A stretch of DNA of 64,000 nucleotides from Lama guanicoe (Eukaryota), in NCBI GenBank assembly GCA_013239625.1, contig MU054132.1:496001-560000 (forward strand), in the 5' to 3' direction. This document shows, one piece after another, positions 1-13,706 of the stretch. The notes below the pieces were generated by a model that was not told the DNA's origin, did no database searches, and saw only the letters and a list, made by a program, of their open reading frames with translations. Numbering within the stretch: position 1 is the first letter of the stretch; every line of letters begins with the position of its first letter. The position numbers were made by a program, and so were the translations under genes.

Positions 1-160
1 AGATCCATTAGTTTACGAGGTGTTACAAAATGGTGATACCATTACTGTTTCGTTTACTAGCTGAAATAACCTCCTCTCACCAATTGTTTGATTTAACCTG
101 AAGTAGAATTCTTTTAGGAAAGGCAGGATATATGCTTGACTTTTTTCCCTTTTAATTTTT

Positions 161-396
161 AAACTAGTGGTTACCACTTGACAGAGGGAAGGGAGGAGGG
201 GCAAAACAGGGGTAGGGGATTAAGCGATACAAACTATTAGGTGTAAAATAAGCTATGAGGATGTAAACTACAACTACAATTGGGAATACAGCTAGAATTC
301 TGGATTAACTATAAATGGACTATAACCTTTAAAAACTGTGAATCACTATGTGGTATACCTGTAACTTATATAATAGTGTACATTCAATTAAAAAAA
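161..396 (+). mobile_element. L1 3' end, inserted in an older antisense L1MC-like remnant (about 1-160 and 400-960)
   Basis: gtggttacc...gatacaaacta...gaatcactatg..gtatacctg..caattaaaaaaa is a typical laurasiatherian L1 3' UTR; aaactagt flanks both sides. Confidence 0.75.
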
Positions 397-1229
397 CTAG
401 TTTTCAAAATCATGAATTGGTTTCCTTCAATTATGACTAACACAATTTTATTTTTAAAGTATCATTAAAACTCGTGGATTTTATGTAGTGTGTTTCAAAC
501 CATTTGCAATTATAACCCTTATTGATGCTTAAGTGTTAATAAGAACTCTCCCACTTTTGTTAAGTGAGAGCCTATTTAAGCTAGCTCCTGAGTCCCTTTT
601 ACATGACCCTTCTCATCTTTTTTAATTGGTTTTCTGGTATGATAAAATAATCCAGGGTCATTTTGTTCAATGTCTCTCCCAAACTTGAAACCAGACATTT
701 CTCAAAGGAACCCTGTTTCTTTTAGCGGCATTTTGTAAAACCACAACGTAGATGCTAGGGGTATTCAGTGCTATTGCATCATTACCATTGGTTTTCATAG
801 ACAGAACTGGGTGACAATTTATTTTTCAGAGTACAATATGCTGTAGATGAGACAACATTAGTCATGAGTTGATAACTGACATGAATGATGGCTACATAGA
901 GATTTATTATACTGTTCTCTTTATATACAGACACATATACCCTGTTGGCATTTCTGTAATAATAAGTTTTAAAATTATGTTAGAAACAATTATATTGATG
1001 AGACAGCATGAAGTTCAGAAGAACATTATGTAGTTCCTATATAATATCCCTTAATGGCCAGTAGTGTTATACAGTAGGAAAACACAAAAAACTGAAAACA
1101 CAACACTATAGATAAGAACTGACAATTCATAAAACTTCTTAGTAATTCATATCCAACTTTTAGATCTGTATATCCAAACAGTCTATTTCCCCATCTGAAG
1201 CAACAAAAGAGAATAGAATCAGTACTCAC

Positions 1230-1327
1230 CCATATCTTTGGAACTGATAGTCAAATGTTAACTCTGAGCCTGAAGGAACCAGTTTGGTGGTAAAGAACCC
1301 AACTCTCAGTTGTCCATTCACAGTCCA
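1230..1327 (-). CDS. SETD2: SETD2 exon 8 (98 nt; WTVNGQLRVGFFTTKLVPSGSELTFDYQFQRY-G), SET C-terminus
   Basis: catctcAG acceptor and GG|GTGAGT donor; ELTFDY motif. The gene continues beyond position 1. Confidence 0.97.
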
Positions 1328-1382
1328 CTGAGATGTTTTTAAAAGAAAATAAATGAGTAACTGGTTAATCTATGTGTACTGG

Positions 1383-1482
1383 TTTTTTTTATTGTTGTTG
1401 TTGTTAATGGAGGTACTGGGGATAAAACCCAGGATCTTGTTATGCCAAGCACATGCTCTACCACTGAGCTATTCCCTCCCCC
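1383..1482 (-). mobile_element. tRNA-Ala-derived SINE (camelid vic-1 type), short copy
   Basis: Reverse complement reads GGGGGAGGGAATAGCTCAGTGGTAGAGCATGTGCTTGGCAT...CCTGGGTTTTATCCCCAGTACCTCCA followed by an (AAC)n/A tail. Confidence 0.85.
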
Positions 1483-3127
1483 GTACTAGTTTGTTTGTCT
1501 GTTTTTCAAAGCTCATCATCACCTGTCTTAATTTTGATGTCACTCTTTAGAGAACAAAGCATTTTGTAAATAGCAAAAGGAGAATTTTTTCCGTTAAATA
1601 AACTAACATATTTAAGTATCACTCTTATTTAATGAGCTACAAGACTGAATATTATCTATAACATATTTCTAATAAAAGTAACTGATACTTTAACTTATCT
1701 TAATACACATTTCCACACAGTAAAGATTCACTTGTACCAAAAATAGGCAAACAGGGAATGCTTGGTGTCACTGAATACCAGGCAAATTTATACTACCTTA
1801 TATTATGTTGAAAGTAACTATGTTCTAAGATAAGATGGGGCATGGGACCAGGGAAACAATGATGTCAAAAGTTTAATTTCATGAAGCAGTGGTCATATGG
1901 CTGAGTGTAGTATCAGGGAAGGGAAGCATGAAAACAGATGCATAAAACTCAAAAATTAAAATGGGGGTAAATACACAGGGGTTAGAACTTATAGTTCTAG
2001 AATATGTCAAATGTAAGTTGACAAGAGCACTCCTGTCCAGACCATCTGAACATGTTACTAATGAGAAACCCAGAAGAAAAGAGGTGGAGGGACACAATAT
2101 AGTTGGGAGTCTCAGTCTCAGAGCAAGACATGTGGCCACCAGATACAGGCAAAACTAGAACCAGAACTTAATTACGTTAAATCAATTCCAGACTGGGTTC
2201 TCCTATTCATTGTGTGTGTGTGTGTGTACATATATTTTTATATTTTACTCCAAGCTTAAAACACAAATTAGAGGGTACTAAGATCATTATCTCAAAATGT
2301 TATATCAAATTCAGTGAATGATTTATCAAGTGTCGACCATGTGCCAGGCACAGGGACATAAAGATAAGCAGGACCAAAAGTCTGGCTTTGGTGAGGTGGA
2401 GCAGTGCACCCACATGCACACCATATATAAATCCTCACATCTCTGGCCATTCAGTCCCTGAATAAATGTTATTAAAACCATCAAATCTGGCACATGGATA
2501 ACACTGATACATATTCTGAAATAAAATCTAAATATAATAGTATACACTGAACTTCATCAAAAATAAAATTTAGTTTCTATTTTGGCACTTTTGAAATAAT
2601 ATCTAAAATTATGGGCAAAGAAAGGTGACAAATGCAATAGGAGTTCCTAGATTGGATCCCAGACCTGAAAAATGACAGATGGCAAAATCTGAATAAGGTC
2701 TTTAGACTAGTTAATAGTATTGCCAGATTGGGCAAATGTATTATGGTGACATACAATGTAGACATTTGAAGGAGCTAGTGAAGGATAGTACATGGGAACT
2801 CTGTACTATTTCCCCACTATTTGTTATTTTATAAATCTAAACTTATTTCAAAATAAACATTTTAACAGAATATGAAAAAATGATTTAAATGATTAAAAAG
2901 TAAAATATATGTGCATCTCTGACATAGAATCTAAAATTAATAGTTAGAACAGCAATCTTTTTTTTTTTACATGTATAAGCCTTTTTAAATTGAGAGTGTA
3001 CACGATCAAAAAAGTCTTAAGACTACTACTCTAGATGACTCACTCTATTCTTGAGAAACAGGGCTGAACTAGCAACAGAAAAGAACAACAATCTTGAACA
3101 AATAGCCCAAACTCTACTTCATCTTAC

Positions 3128-3205
3128 TTTTTGAGTCTCACAGTTTGGTTCACAGCTGTGATTCATGAAGCGAGAGCAATTTCCTTTCTGAGTGGCATCT
3201 ATTAT
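3128..3205 (-). CDS. SETD2: SETD2 exon 7 (78 nt; IIDATQKGNCSRFMNHSCEPNCETQK), SET catalytic motif
   Basis: tttttcctAG acceptor and AAA|GTAAGA donor; RFMNHSCEPN signature. Confidence 0.97.
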
Positions 3206-3543
3206 CTAGGAAAAAGGATAATTTAAGACTTAAAAATAAGACTTTAAAACATATGTGCATTTTGCAAAAGAAAAGCATCAGGCAAATTTAAGACCCACAT
3301 CCCTGACCCTCTCCTTCCTTAAGAGAATACTCTCATGCTACTTTACACATCAAAGTGACAAATACCCAACTGTGTCTTCAGCAAGATCTGCTAAATATAA
3401 ACATTTTACCTATGTGCAGAATTATTTCCACATCTATCAATGTCTCTCTCATTTACTTTTAGCTATTTCTTACATCCTATTACATTCTAATCTCACTTCA
3501 TGTGTGTAAGACTTCACCTTAAAATGCATGCTATACCACAGTG

Positions 3544-3860
3544 CAGTAGCTCTCAAACTTGAGTGTGTATCTGAATTTCCTGCAGAGTTTGTTAAAACTC
3601 TTGCTAGATCCACTCCCAGTGTGAGATTAAGCAGGTCCTGGGACAGGTCCCTACAATTTGCATTTCCAGACTGAATGCAGAGGCAGATATGAGAGTCTAA
3701 ATTCTATTAAGTCAGACAATAAAGAGATTTGTAAATGGCACTCCTCACTAAAAAAAAAAAAAAAAAGTTTTGAAAATAGTTAACTTTGATAAAAGCATGT
3801 TATTTGCGTCAACCTATAATGGGCTATTGTTACTTTTAACTAGCTTAATAAATATTTTTC
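3544..3860. mobile_element. MER5A-like plus Charlie1-like hAT fragments
   Basis: cagtagctctcaaactt...tttgcatttc followed by gcagatatgaga...ctattaagtcagaca.taaagagatttg. Confidence 0.55.
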
Positions 3861-4057
3861 AACCTCTCAGCTACAGTTTTTACATATATATCTAAATATC
3901 TCCCTCTCCCTCATCTTTTTTGTAAGAAAAAAACTATACACACTGCTCTGCTCATTTTCATCACTTAATATATTTAAATCAGTCCATATCAATCAATGGC
4001 CCTTTCATAATCCACAGTTTCCAGATCTGTTTCAAAACAAATACGCATGCCGCTTAC

Positions 4058-4181
4058 CTCGTCATTCTTCAGGGCCATGAAATAGTAGTGGATGTTTTTG
4101 TTTCGCGCATACTCCTTTACTCGGGCTTTAAACTCTTTATGATCAAGTACCTCTCCACAATACTCCAGGACAAAGGTATTT
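4058..4181 (-). CDS. SETD2: SETD2 exon 6 (124 nt; NTFVLEYCGEVLDHKEFKARVKEYARNKNIHYYFMALKNDE), SET domain
   Basis: tttgccAG acceptor and GAG|GTAAGC donor; FVLEYCGEV SET motif. Confidence 0.97.
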
Positions 4182-6156
4182 CTGGCAAATGAAAAAGAAA
4201 ACAGTATTTCCTTTCTAGGAGCTATATAGAAAACATATATCTATGCAAAAATACTGAATTTAAAGAACTACTGTAAAATGGATAGATTTGTTATTACACA
4301 AGATATAATTAAAATATATGTAAAGTGCCTATCATCTAATTGAGGTTAATTTTCTCTTTCCTAATATTTTTTGAAGAATGCTGATTCTAAGCAGCTTTTA
4401 TAATTTATACACAGAGAGCATATCCTTGCTCTAACTAAATATTAAAACAACTTTTCAAGTTTGGTTTACATTATCATGAAAACAATGATTCACAGCTGAG
4501 AAACGGAGAGGCAAGAAAAAATTAGATGCTTTATGGTCAAATAAAAAGAAGTCAACTTAAATACAGCAGCCCTTCTACTACCTTTCTCTCAAAGGTTTCT
4601 AAGAATGCTAAAGGTCAAATATACCTTTTCTCTGACTCCATTCTCTGAGTTTTCTGGCATTTATCAACAATTATGATTAATCTCTCTCCTTGGCTTCTTT
4701 CACTTACTTTCTATCCTTGATCATTCTTCCCATAGTTATTTACCTCTTTTTCTCTACTGAAGATAGTAATTAATTCTCAATTTCTTCCCCCTCTATTTCA
4801 GAGAAGCTCATTCTCATCAAAGACTCCAAGAATTATCTCCATGTAGACAAATGCCTCTCTATGCTTTGCTCCCAAGTTCTGACCTGAAACGAACTACCTG
4901 GAAGCCCTGTCTTATCTCTTCAAAATTAACATGCCCTATCATTAACCAAAGAGATTTTTAAAAAGGCAAAAATGTAAATCATTTCTCTTTGTTTATGATA
5001 TACTGACACAAACAGTGTATTTATTAAAGAAGTAATTAACTGGCCAACTGAAAAAAAATTACACCCTCTTAGTTAAGAAAATAAAGCAGTTAAAAATGAA
5101 GAACAATTATGCGAAAAAGCAAAAATCAAAAACAGGGTAAGAGAAATTAATATATGAATATACACCTTTGTGTAGCAGTCCATCACAAACACATTTAAGT
5201 CTTAATAATCAAAATCTGATTACTCATAGATACTCCTTAAAAGTCAAATTACTCTTTTTAAAAAAATTTTTGGGGGGTCTCATTTTAAAAGCAAGAAATG
5301 TTTCACAATTGCTGCTCCAAATTACTAGCTTTATGAACAATAATTTCCCTTTCTGATCCCAGAAGCTTATCATTTTGTAAGCACTGCACTAGAATGATCA
5401 CAAAATTTGAGGTCTTAAAATACTGGACTCTATGTGTCTAGGATCAGTCCCAATCCTTGAGAAAAAGAAAAATGACAGATACATCAAAGGCTGCTATGTA
5501 GATTAAATGTGATAATGACTATAAAATGAACCTTATGCAGGATCTGGAACTTCATTTTTAAAAAATATGTCCATTTCCTCTCCTAACAAAAACTAAATTC
5601 TCCTCCCTCAATTGGATCTTTCAAAGTTCACTGAAGCCCTGCGACACAGGTATTATGCCCATTTGACAGAATATTATGCCCATTTGACAGGTAAGATGGA
5701 ATTTACAGAAGTCAGGTGATCTGCACAAGGTGACAAAGCTTGATTTATAGCCTGGGATTTAAACCCCATCCAAATGACTGCTTGTCCCTTTATACTATAA
5801 AAATACTCCCTTCTATTACACTAAAATATTCAATTCTGATAATACTGCTCTCAAATCACCTCTTCATTTTAAAAAAGTGGTTAAATACCAGAACCTAACG
5901 AACCACTAAATCATTCAAGAGTAGAAACTTTACACCATCAAGAAATCTGAAGGATGCACCAATACCCACGGGTCTAAAAGTCAGGCTTGATGAAGCAGCT
6001 AAGAAAAGAATCTCAAAACTCTTCAGTTGCCTAACCTCCAAAAAACTAAATGAGGCAATGTAATAGCATATCATTCAGTCCTTGAAACTAGTTAGATAAA
6101 TTAGGTATGGATTTCTTAGAAAAGCTCCATGCCTTAATTAAAAAAACTAAAAACAC

Positions 6157-6783
6157 TGTTTACTCTTTTAAAAAAACAGCTCTTGGTTTTATTGTTTTTT
6201 TCTATTTTTCTAATCTTTATTTATTTCCTCCCTGATCTTTATTATTTCTTTGCTTCTGCTGACTTTATGTTTTGTTTGTTCTTCTTTTTCTAGTTCTTTT
6301 AGATGATAGGTTAGGTTGTTTGAGATTTTTCTTGTTTTTTTTTTTTTTTTGAGGAAAGCCTGTATTGCTAAGAACTTTCCACTTAGGAATGCTTTTGCTG
6401 CATCCCACAGATTTTGTGTGGTTTTGTTTTCATTGTCATTTGTCTCAAGGTATTTTTAAATTTCTTCTTTGATTTATCACTGATTCATTGATGCTTTTGG
6501 AAGCATGTTGTTTAGCCTCCATGCAAGCACTTTTTTCTCATTTTCCTTTCTATGGTTGATTTCTAGTTTCATCCTGTTTGGTCAGAAAAGATACTTGAAA
6601 TAATTTCTATCCTCTTAAATTTGTTGAGACTTGTCTTGTGTTCAAGTATGTGATCTATCCTAGGAAATGTTCCAAGTGCGCTTGAAAAGATGTTCTATTG
6701 TGTCATTTAGGATCTCTGTTGCCTGACTGGTTTTCTGTCTGAAAGATATGTCCATTGATGTTAATCGAGTGTTAGTCTCCTAA
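6157..6783 (-). mobile_element. L1 ORF2 fragment (endonuclease C-terminus/linker), antisense; inverted 5' part of a composite L1
   Basis: T-rich antisense L1 ORF2 sequence running from the WFF region to the GDFN region. Confidence 0.8.
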
Positions 6784-8304
6784 TACAAAAACTACTAGAG
6801 CCGAAAATGAATTCAACAGGGTAGCAGGTACAAACTTAAGACACAGAAATCTGTTGCATTTCTTTATACTAACAGTGAAATATCAGAAGAGGAAAGTAAA
6901 AAAAAAAAATCCCTTTTAAAATCGTATCCAAAACAAAACAAAAAAACTTAGGAATAAACCTGACCAAGGAGATGAAAGACTTACATGCTGAGAACTATAA
7001 AACATTGATAAATGAAACTGAAGATGATTCAAAGAAATGGAAAGAAACCCCACACTCTTGGATCAGAATAATATTGTTTAAATGGCCATACTACCCAAAG
7101 CAATCTACAGATTTAATGTGATCCCTATCAAATTATCTAGGACATTTTTCACAGAAATAGAACAAATAATCTGAAAATACACTTGGAGTCACAAAGACCC
7201 AGAACTGCCTAAGCAATACTGAAGAAAAAGAATGAAGCTGGAGGAATAACCCACCCAGATTTCAAACAATACTACAAAGCTACAGTAATTAAAACAGCAT
7301 GGTATTGGCACAAAAACAGACATATAGCTCAATGGACAGAGCACCCAGAAATAAACCCACACACCTATGGTCAATTAACCTTCAACAAAGGAAGCAAGAA
7401 CATACAATGGAGAAAAGACAGTCTCTTTGACAAGTAGTGTTGGGAAAGCTGGACAGTCCCATGTAAATCAATGAAGTCAGAACATTCCCCCACACCATAC
7501 ACAAAAATAAACTCAAAATGGCTTAAAGACTTAAACATAAGACAGGGCACATAAATCTAGAAGAGAACATAGGCAAAACATTCTGACATAAATTGCATCA
7601 ATTTTGTCCTAGGTCAGTCTACCAAGGCAACAGAAATAGGAGCAAAAACAAACATATGAGGCCTAATTAAACTTAAAAGCTTTTACACAGCAAAGGAAAC
7701 CGTAAACAAAACGAGAAGACAACCTACAGACTGATAGAAAATATTTGCAAACAATGCCACTGACAAGGGCTTAACTTCCAGAATATATAAATAGCTCATA
7801 CAACTTAATAACAAAAAACCACAACCCAATCAAAAAACAAGCAGAAGACCTAAACAGACATTTCTCCAATGAAGACATACAGATGGCTCACAGGCACATG
7901 AAAAGAAGCTCAATAGAGCTAATTATCAGAAAAATGCAAATCAAAACTACAATAAAGTATCACTTCACACTGATCAGAATGGCCATCATTAAAAAGTCCA
8001 CAAATGATAAATAATAGAGAAGGTGTGGAGAAAAGGGAATCCTCCTACACTGTTGGTAGGAATGTAATTTGGTATAGCCACTATGGAAAAAAGTATGGAG
8101 ATTCCTTAAAAAACTAAAAACAGACTTACCATATGATCCAGCAATGCCACTCTTGGCATATATCTGGAGAAAACTCTCACTCGAAAAGATACATGTACCC
8201 CTATGTTCACAGCAGCACTATTTACAAAGGCCAAGACACGGAAGCAACCTAAATGTTCATCAACAGATGATATGCATAAAGAAGTTGTGGTACGTACATA
8301 TGTA

Positions 8305-8351
<47 letters not shown>

Positions 8352-8786
8352 AAATACTACTCAGCCAAAAAAAATGAAAAGATGCCATCTGCGCAATCTG
8401 CATGGACTTGGAGATTATCATAGTAAGTGAAGTCAGAAAGAGACAAATATATGATATCATTTATATGTGGAATCTAAAAAAAAAAGACACAAATGAACTT
8501 ATTTACAAAAACAGACTCACAGACACAGAAAATAAACTTATGGTTACCAAAGGGGAAGGGATAAATTAGGAGTTTGGGATTTGGAGATACAAACTACTAT
8601 ATATAAAATAGATACTAACAACAAGGTCCCATTGTATATAGCACACAGGGAACTATTTTCAGTATCTTGTAATAACTTATAATGAAAAAGAATATGAAAA
8701 AGAATGTATAACTGAATCACTGTGCTATATACCAGGAACATACACAACATTGTAAATCAACTATATGTCAATAAAAAATTTAAAAA
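6784..8786 (+). mobile_element. L1 ORF2 3' half plus 3' UTR, degenerate
   Basis: aaaactactagag...aatggccatactacccaaagcaatctacagatt...ccatatgatccagcaat...aataaa; many stops and frameshifts. Confidence 0.93.
8308..8349. repeat. (AC)21 microsatellite inside L1
   Basis: Perfect dinucleotide run. Confidence 0.95.
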
Positions 8787-11267
8787 CAGAATGGATAATG
8801 ATAAATACTGAAAAACAACAACAAAAAAACAGAACAAAACAAAAAAACCCAGAACATCAAAATGGCTTGCAATGACTAACGGCCCTGAAAGTAAAGGCAA
8901 AGAATCTAACAATTCCTAGTTATCTTTTTCTAAGTCTGAAATTTTTCCCAGAAATGAGTTCTCATCACAAAACTTCTTAAAGCCTGTTAAAGGTAACAGG
9001 AGTCCACTGTGACAGGCAGAAGGCCAGGAGACTGAAATTGTCACCAACACTGCAAAGCTAGATAGCTATAGCTATGGAAAGTTTAGGGGTTAAAGGTAAT
9101 GCCTCCAACTCCCTTTAAAAATTTATCAACAAGATGGATTGATGGATGGACAAAGAGTTGGATAGATGATAAATATATAACAAAGCAAACAGAGCAAAAT
9201 GGTAACAACTTTAGAACCTAAGTGGTGGTTATATGGGCATGAACTGTTCAATTCTTTCAACTTCTCAATGTTTTCAGAAAACATTATGGGAAAAAAAAAG
9301 AAAAAAGTTATGGGAAAAAAAGACTTTTTGAAAAGTTGTATTTGCCCAAATGTCCATCAACTGATGAATGGATAAACAAAAGGTGGTATATCCACCCAAC
9401 AGAGTATTATTCAGACATAAAAAGTAACTAAGTGCTGACACATGCTATAAAACATAGATGAAACCTCAAAAATATGATGCCATGCTGAACTTTGGGCTAT
9501 ATGCCAGCCTGAGTCCTTCCTTAGATGGTATTACCATCAGCATATACTAAAGTTAGTAAGAGTGGAGGTATGGGAAACATGGAAATATTAAGTCCTGGTA
9601 TATCTTACCAAAGCAGGGCTCTTTTGTGAGTAGCTGAGGGAAGCTAAACAGCTTTAGGAAATTTTAACCTCTGTGTGTACCAGTCACACATTCTCTCCTC
9701 CCTTCTCCAATCTCCTTCCCCATAACGGACAAGGACTTCTGAGCCATCAGAGTCTCTGGTGCATATAACAAATTTAGTGTAAATACTAATGTAAATGTAT
9801 TTACACTAAATTTGAAGCTATGTGTTTTAGTGCAGGCTCTGCCAAGAGGCAGCATCCAGACATATCACCTACCACTATCTCTGCAAGAAAGGTTTATGTC
9901 CAAACTGGATTTCATTAAAAAAAAGGATGGAAGGGAGGGAGGGAGGAAGGAAGGAAGGGAGGGAGGAACTCTAAAAGAGAAAAGAAAAGCCTGGCTGGCC
10001 TGAGGAGAATAAAAGATAGCATTCCTGAAAACCTGTATCTAGACCGGAGTTAGGGATTTTAGAAATGCACTGGACTACCTTTGGAAGTATTGAGTTTGAT
10101 GTCAATAGTCCTCAAGGGGAGCTCAGTCTATTATTTATTTAAAATATTACATAGGATCCAATGAATTGGATATAGAACATACTGAAATGATTCTGTAAGA
10201 TACTTGTTCCAAAGAAACAATTTAAAACCAATTGTGAAACAAGATATTTTGATAATACTAGAAAATGGAAATATATGAGGTTCCGACTATCCACTTCCTA
10301 ATATAATTAAGTATGCTTTTCTCTGGTTGGTTCCCAAAGGATAGAGGAATATGAACACCATTCCCTATTTTGACAATAAAAACAGAATGATTTGGCTGTC
10401 AAAATGTATGAGAATTCCTGTCAGAAAACTAAATTACCAGATGGTGGTAATGGTTATTATTACCAGGTTGTTTGTTACCTGGTTTCTCTGAATCCCCATA
10501 ATAAACAGACTAAAATCCCTCACTCCACCCAATTACCATCCAAGTATGGCCATATGCTTAGGATTCTGAAAGAGTAGTTGTGCTTACATCACTAGAATCC
10601 AGTAAATATTTTATTTTCTTCCTTTATTCCTTTGATGCATTTAAAAAAATTCTTCATTCATAAACACATGTAATCTGTATATGTTTAAAGAAAAAGAGCA
10701 CTCAACTTTATAATACTTAAATATGCTATATGTAAGAAAACTCATGGTTAAAAATGCTGAATATGGTAGAAAATAAACTGAAACTTTTACTGCATTACAT
10801 ATACAAGTTACATGAGTTAGGCAGAAGGCAACATTTATTCATTAAAAAATGTTTACTGATTGTCAAGTATGCTTTAATTCTCAGCCTTAATATCTTCAAA
10901 TACTCTCTTCTACTCTTATCCCAACTCAATTTTATATAGACTAATAGATTCTATCCCAACTCCTTTTTATAGAATTTCAAAGGATTCTGGGGGTCTACAG
11001 AAAACACCTGGTAATTACTTGGAATTTAAAGAAACATAACTATCAGAGAAGGATGTGTCTACCCAAATGTCACCAGTGAAAAACTGCTCTCTTATATATA
11101 GGCAGAGGAGATTTCTTATTAATTTCTGAAAAAACAAACTACCTACCAAGTGGTTATCCTGCACATAATCATTATTAAACTTGAGTGTAAAAGACAAATT
11201 ATCTTCCTACAAAGTATCTAACTTCAACAGAACAAATGAAGTGAAAGGTGATTAAAACATAACTTAC

Positions 11268-11396
11268 GAAGGAAGGTCTTTAGCAGCTCTCAAGCCCCAG
11301 CCTTTCTTTTCTGTGAGTATGACTTCCACGTCTGCATGCTGTTTTCTCTGAAACCGTCTATTGGAACAATAATCCCCATTTGGACACCGGGAAGAA
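11268..11396 (-). CDS. SETD2: SETD2 exon 5 (129 nt; [43 protein letters not shown]), AWS end and SET start
   Basis: tttcatttcAG acceptor and TC|GTAAGT donor; KGWGL SET motif; overlaps ORF 11264..11458. Confidence 0.97.
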
Positions 11397-12924
11397 CTGA
11401 AATGAAAAATGGAGCAAATTAATTCTTCAAAGCAGCAAAAGAGCAAAAATGTGTTCATTAGAATGTGTTATGTAAACATATCCATATCTTTATGGCATAA
11501 TCAGCATATGTGCGGTAAACCTCCCAGTGAGACTTCCTCAATAATTCTTTACATCATGAAGGGATTCCTCAGACTGAGTGTCTACTCTATTACTTGAACA
11601 GATCATGCCCACAATACAGCTTTGTCATCTGGTCATCACCCACTCCCTGAGTGTCTCAAGATACATTTCCAGGCTGCAGGTTAAGCTTGCAGTACTCTGA
11701 CAACTTATTTATTTATTTTCCAACAGTGCACCTTCTCTTACATTCCACTCTAGTAATCATTAATTTCACCTTCTGAACGTAGCTAACTACTTGATCTCCA
11801 TTTAAGGGAAATCAAAGTCATCATTAAACCTATCATTGTTCAGAGTGAATACAATATAAAGTGGCAAGACTCTTCTCCCATGGGTCCTGGAATAAAAATA
11901 AAATCAAACATTTACTGAATTCTTAATATTCCAAAGCTGACAGATACAAAGGCTTTTAATATTGAGTAAGGCTACAATAGAAATTACCGATTATTTCCAA
12001 TACATTATTATTCATACCTAAATCAGCAGTAAGTAATAGTTCTACAAATGCCCGAAGAATAGAGGATTCATTTTGGAGTGAAGCAATAAAGAGCCTTCAG
12101 GAGGGAGTAGGATTAAAGCAGAATGTCTGATGACACATAGGATACAGATAGATAAGGAAAACAAGAGATAAAACAACAGTGGCCACCTGTATGCAGAAAT
12201 AGGAATCAAGGCATACTTGAGGAAAGGGGAATAAAACAGCTAAGGATAGCTGATAAGAAAGGTGGGTTGCTGGAAGATGAAAAGGCAGGTTGTTGATATA
12301 CTGAAGGGCTCTCAATACCAGGCTACATTTTAACCTAATCCTGAGAATTACTAAAAGTTGGAGCATGGGAATAACATGAAAACAGAAATTCTGTATTGCA
12401 TATCTGCTCAGCAAGGTTGGCAGGAAAAGCCAGAAGAATGCAGAGACTAGGGCAACAACATGAAATTAGAACAGTGCTGTTATGTTTCCTCTTCTTACAT
12501 GTTTACATCACCTCTGCTTTCAGTTTACATTAAAAAATACCAAAAATGTTTTCGTTTTCTTTTTTAAGGTACATGGTTTTTTTGTAACACTATAACATAA
12601 GCAAAACCAAAACTGAGCTTTAAAAGAAAACATTTCATTAACACCAAAAATAAGGTACCTATACTGTAAACCACCTTAATATTCTTTCCATGAAAATAAG
12701 GATACAATTTTCAATCAGATTGGTTAAAAAAACATATTTTTAATGTAAAGATATTTACTGTTTATATGAAAAACACAGAAGCAAATGTCTATCAAGAGAA
12801 GATTAATAACTTTGGGTTAACTATGACCAGAATACACCTTGTAGCCAAGAGAAAAGATTCAGGTAGGTCTAAATGTGTAGCTCTGAATAGGTCTCCAAAA
12901 CATATTCAGTTAAGAGTGTGTGTT

Positions 12925-13069
12925 GGGGGAGGGTATAGCTCAAGTGGTAGAGCACATGCTTAGCATGCACAAGGTCCTAGGTTCAATCCCTAGTACCTCT
13001 TCTAAAAAATAAATAAACCTATATACCCTCCTCCCCAAAAGTAAATAAAAATAAAATAACAAAATAAAA
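12925..13069 (+). mobile_element. tRNA-Ala-derived SINE (vic-1 type)
   Basis: A box TAGCTCAAGTGG, B box GGTTCAATCC, the shared AAACCTA..ACC..CCCC 3' segment and an A-rich tail. Confidence 0.88.
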
Positions 13070-13574
13070 GGTGGGGGGTGAGGGGGAACAAAGTTCCAAA
13101 AAGTACATATAGTAAAATTTCATTTCTGTTCATAAAAAGAGGAAATGTCCACCTATGCTGGTATAGGCTCATCTGGAAAGATAACAATTAGAGGGACTGA
13201 GGTTTAGGAGAGGAAGGCATCTTACTTTAAGTACTTTTGAGATGTCTGGATTTTAGCTCATTCTATAGTAAAAGCTAAAAAGTACCAATATCCATCTCTC
13301 AGGACATGAATCTTACAAGAGACAAAAGGAGACTGGATAAAAATTAATATTACTATGTTAGTGTTAGGGCTACTTTACAGAGCACTTACAAAGTGTAACA
13401 ATGCACAATGCAAAGGAAATCTGTCTCCTTGTAAATGTTATTACACATGAGAGATTTCATTGCTTATAAATACTCACCAACAGGTAGAAGGAGAGAAGTT
13501 AAATTTTACTCTTCATTAATAATGCTTTCTAATATTTAGAGACATTTAAAGGCAGAGTATTCTAGTTTACTTAC

Positions 13575-13706
13575 CATTCAATCATGAGGAGACGATTAAG
13601 ACAATCTTCCCCACATGCTATTTCACCTTGAGCTCTTTCATCTTTAGAAAGAGGTGTACACTCACACTGCATTCGCTTAATATCCCGATGGGATTTATTC
13701 TTCTTT
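13575..13706 (-). CDS. SETD2: SETD2 exon 4 (132 nt; KKNKSHRDIKRMQCECTPLSKDERAQGEIACGEDCLNRLLMIE-C), AWS domain
   Basis: ccaacAG acceptor and TG|GTAAGT donor; Cys-rich AWS motif; phase 2-2. Confidence 0.97.

Noticed and set aside
8106..8460. CVCVCV / HTHTHT ORFs
   Set aside because: Translations of the (AC)n repeat within an L1.
12925..13000. True tRNA-Ala genes (also at 1.4, 27.1 and 38.2 kb)
   Set aside because: Shared non-tRNA 3' segment, A tails, TSDs and stem mismatches identify them as SINEs.
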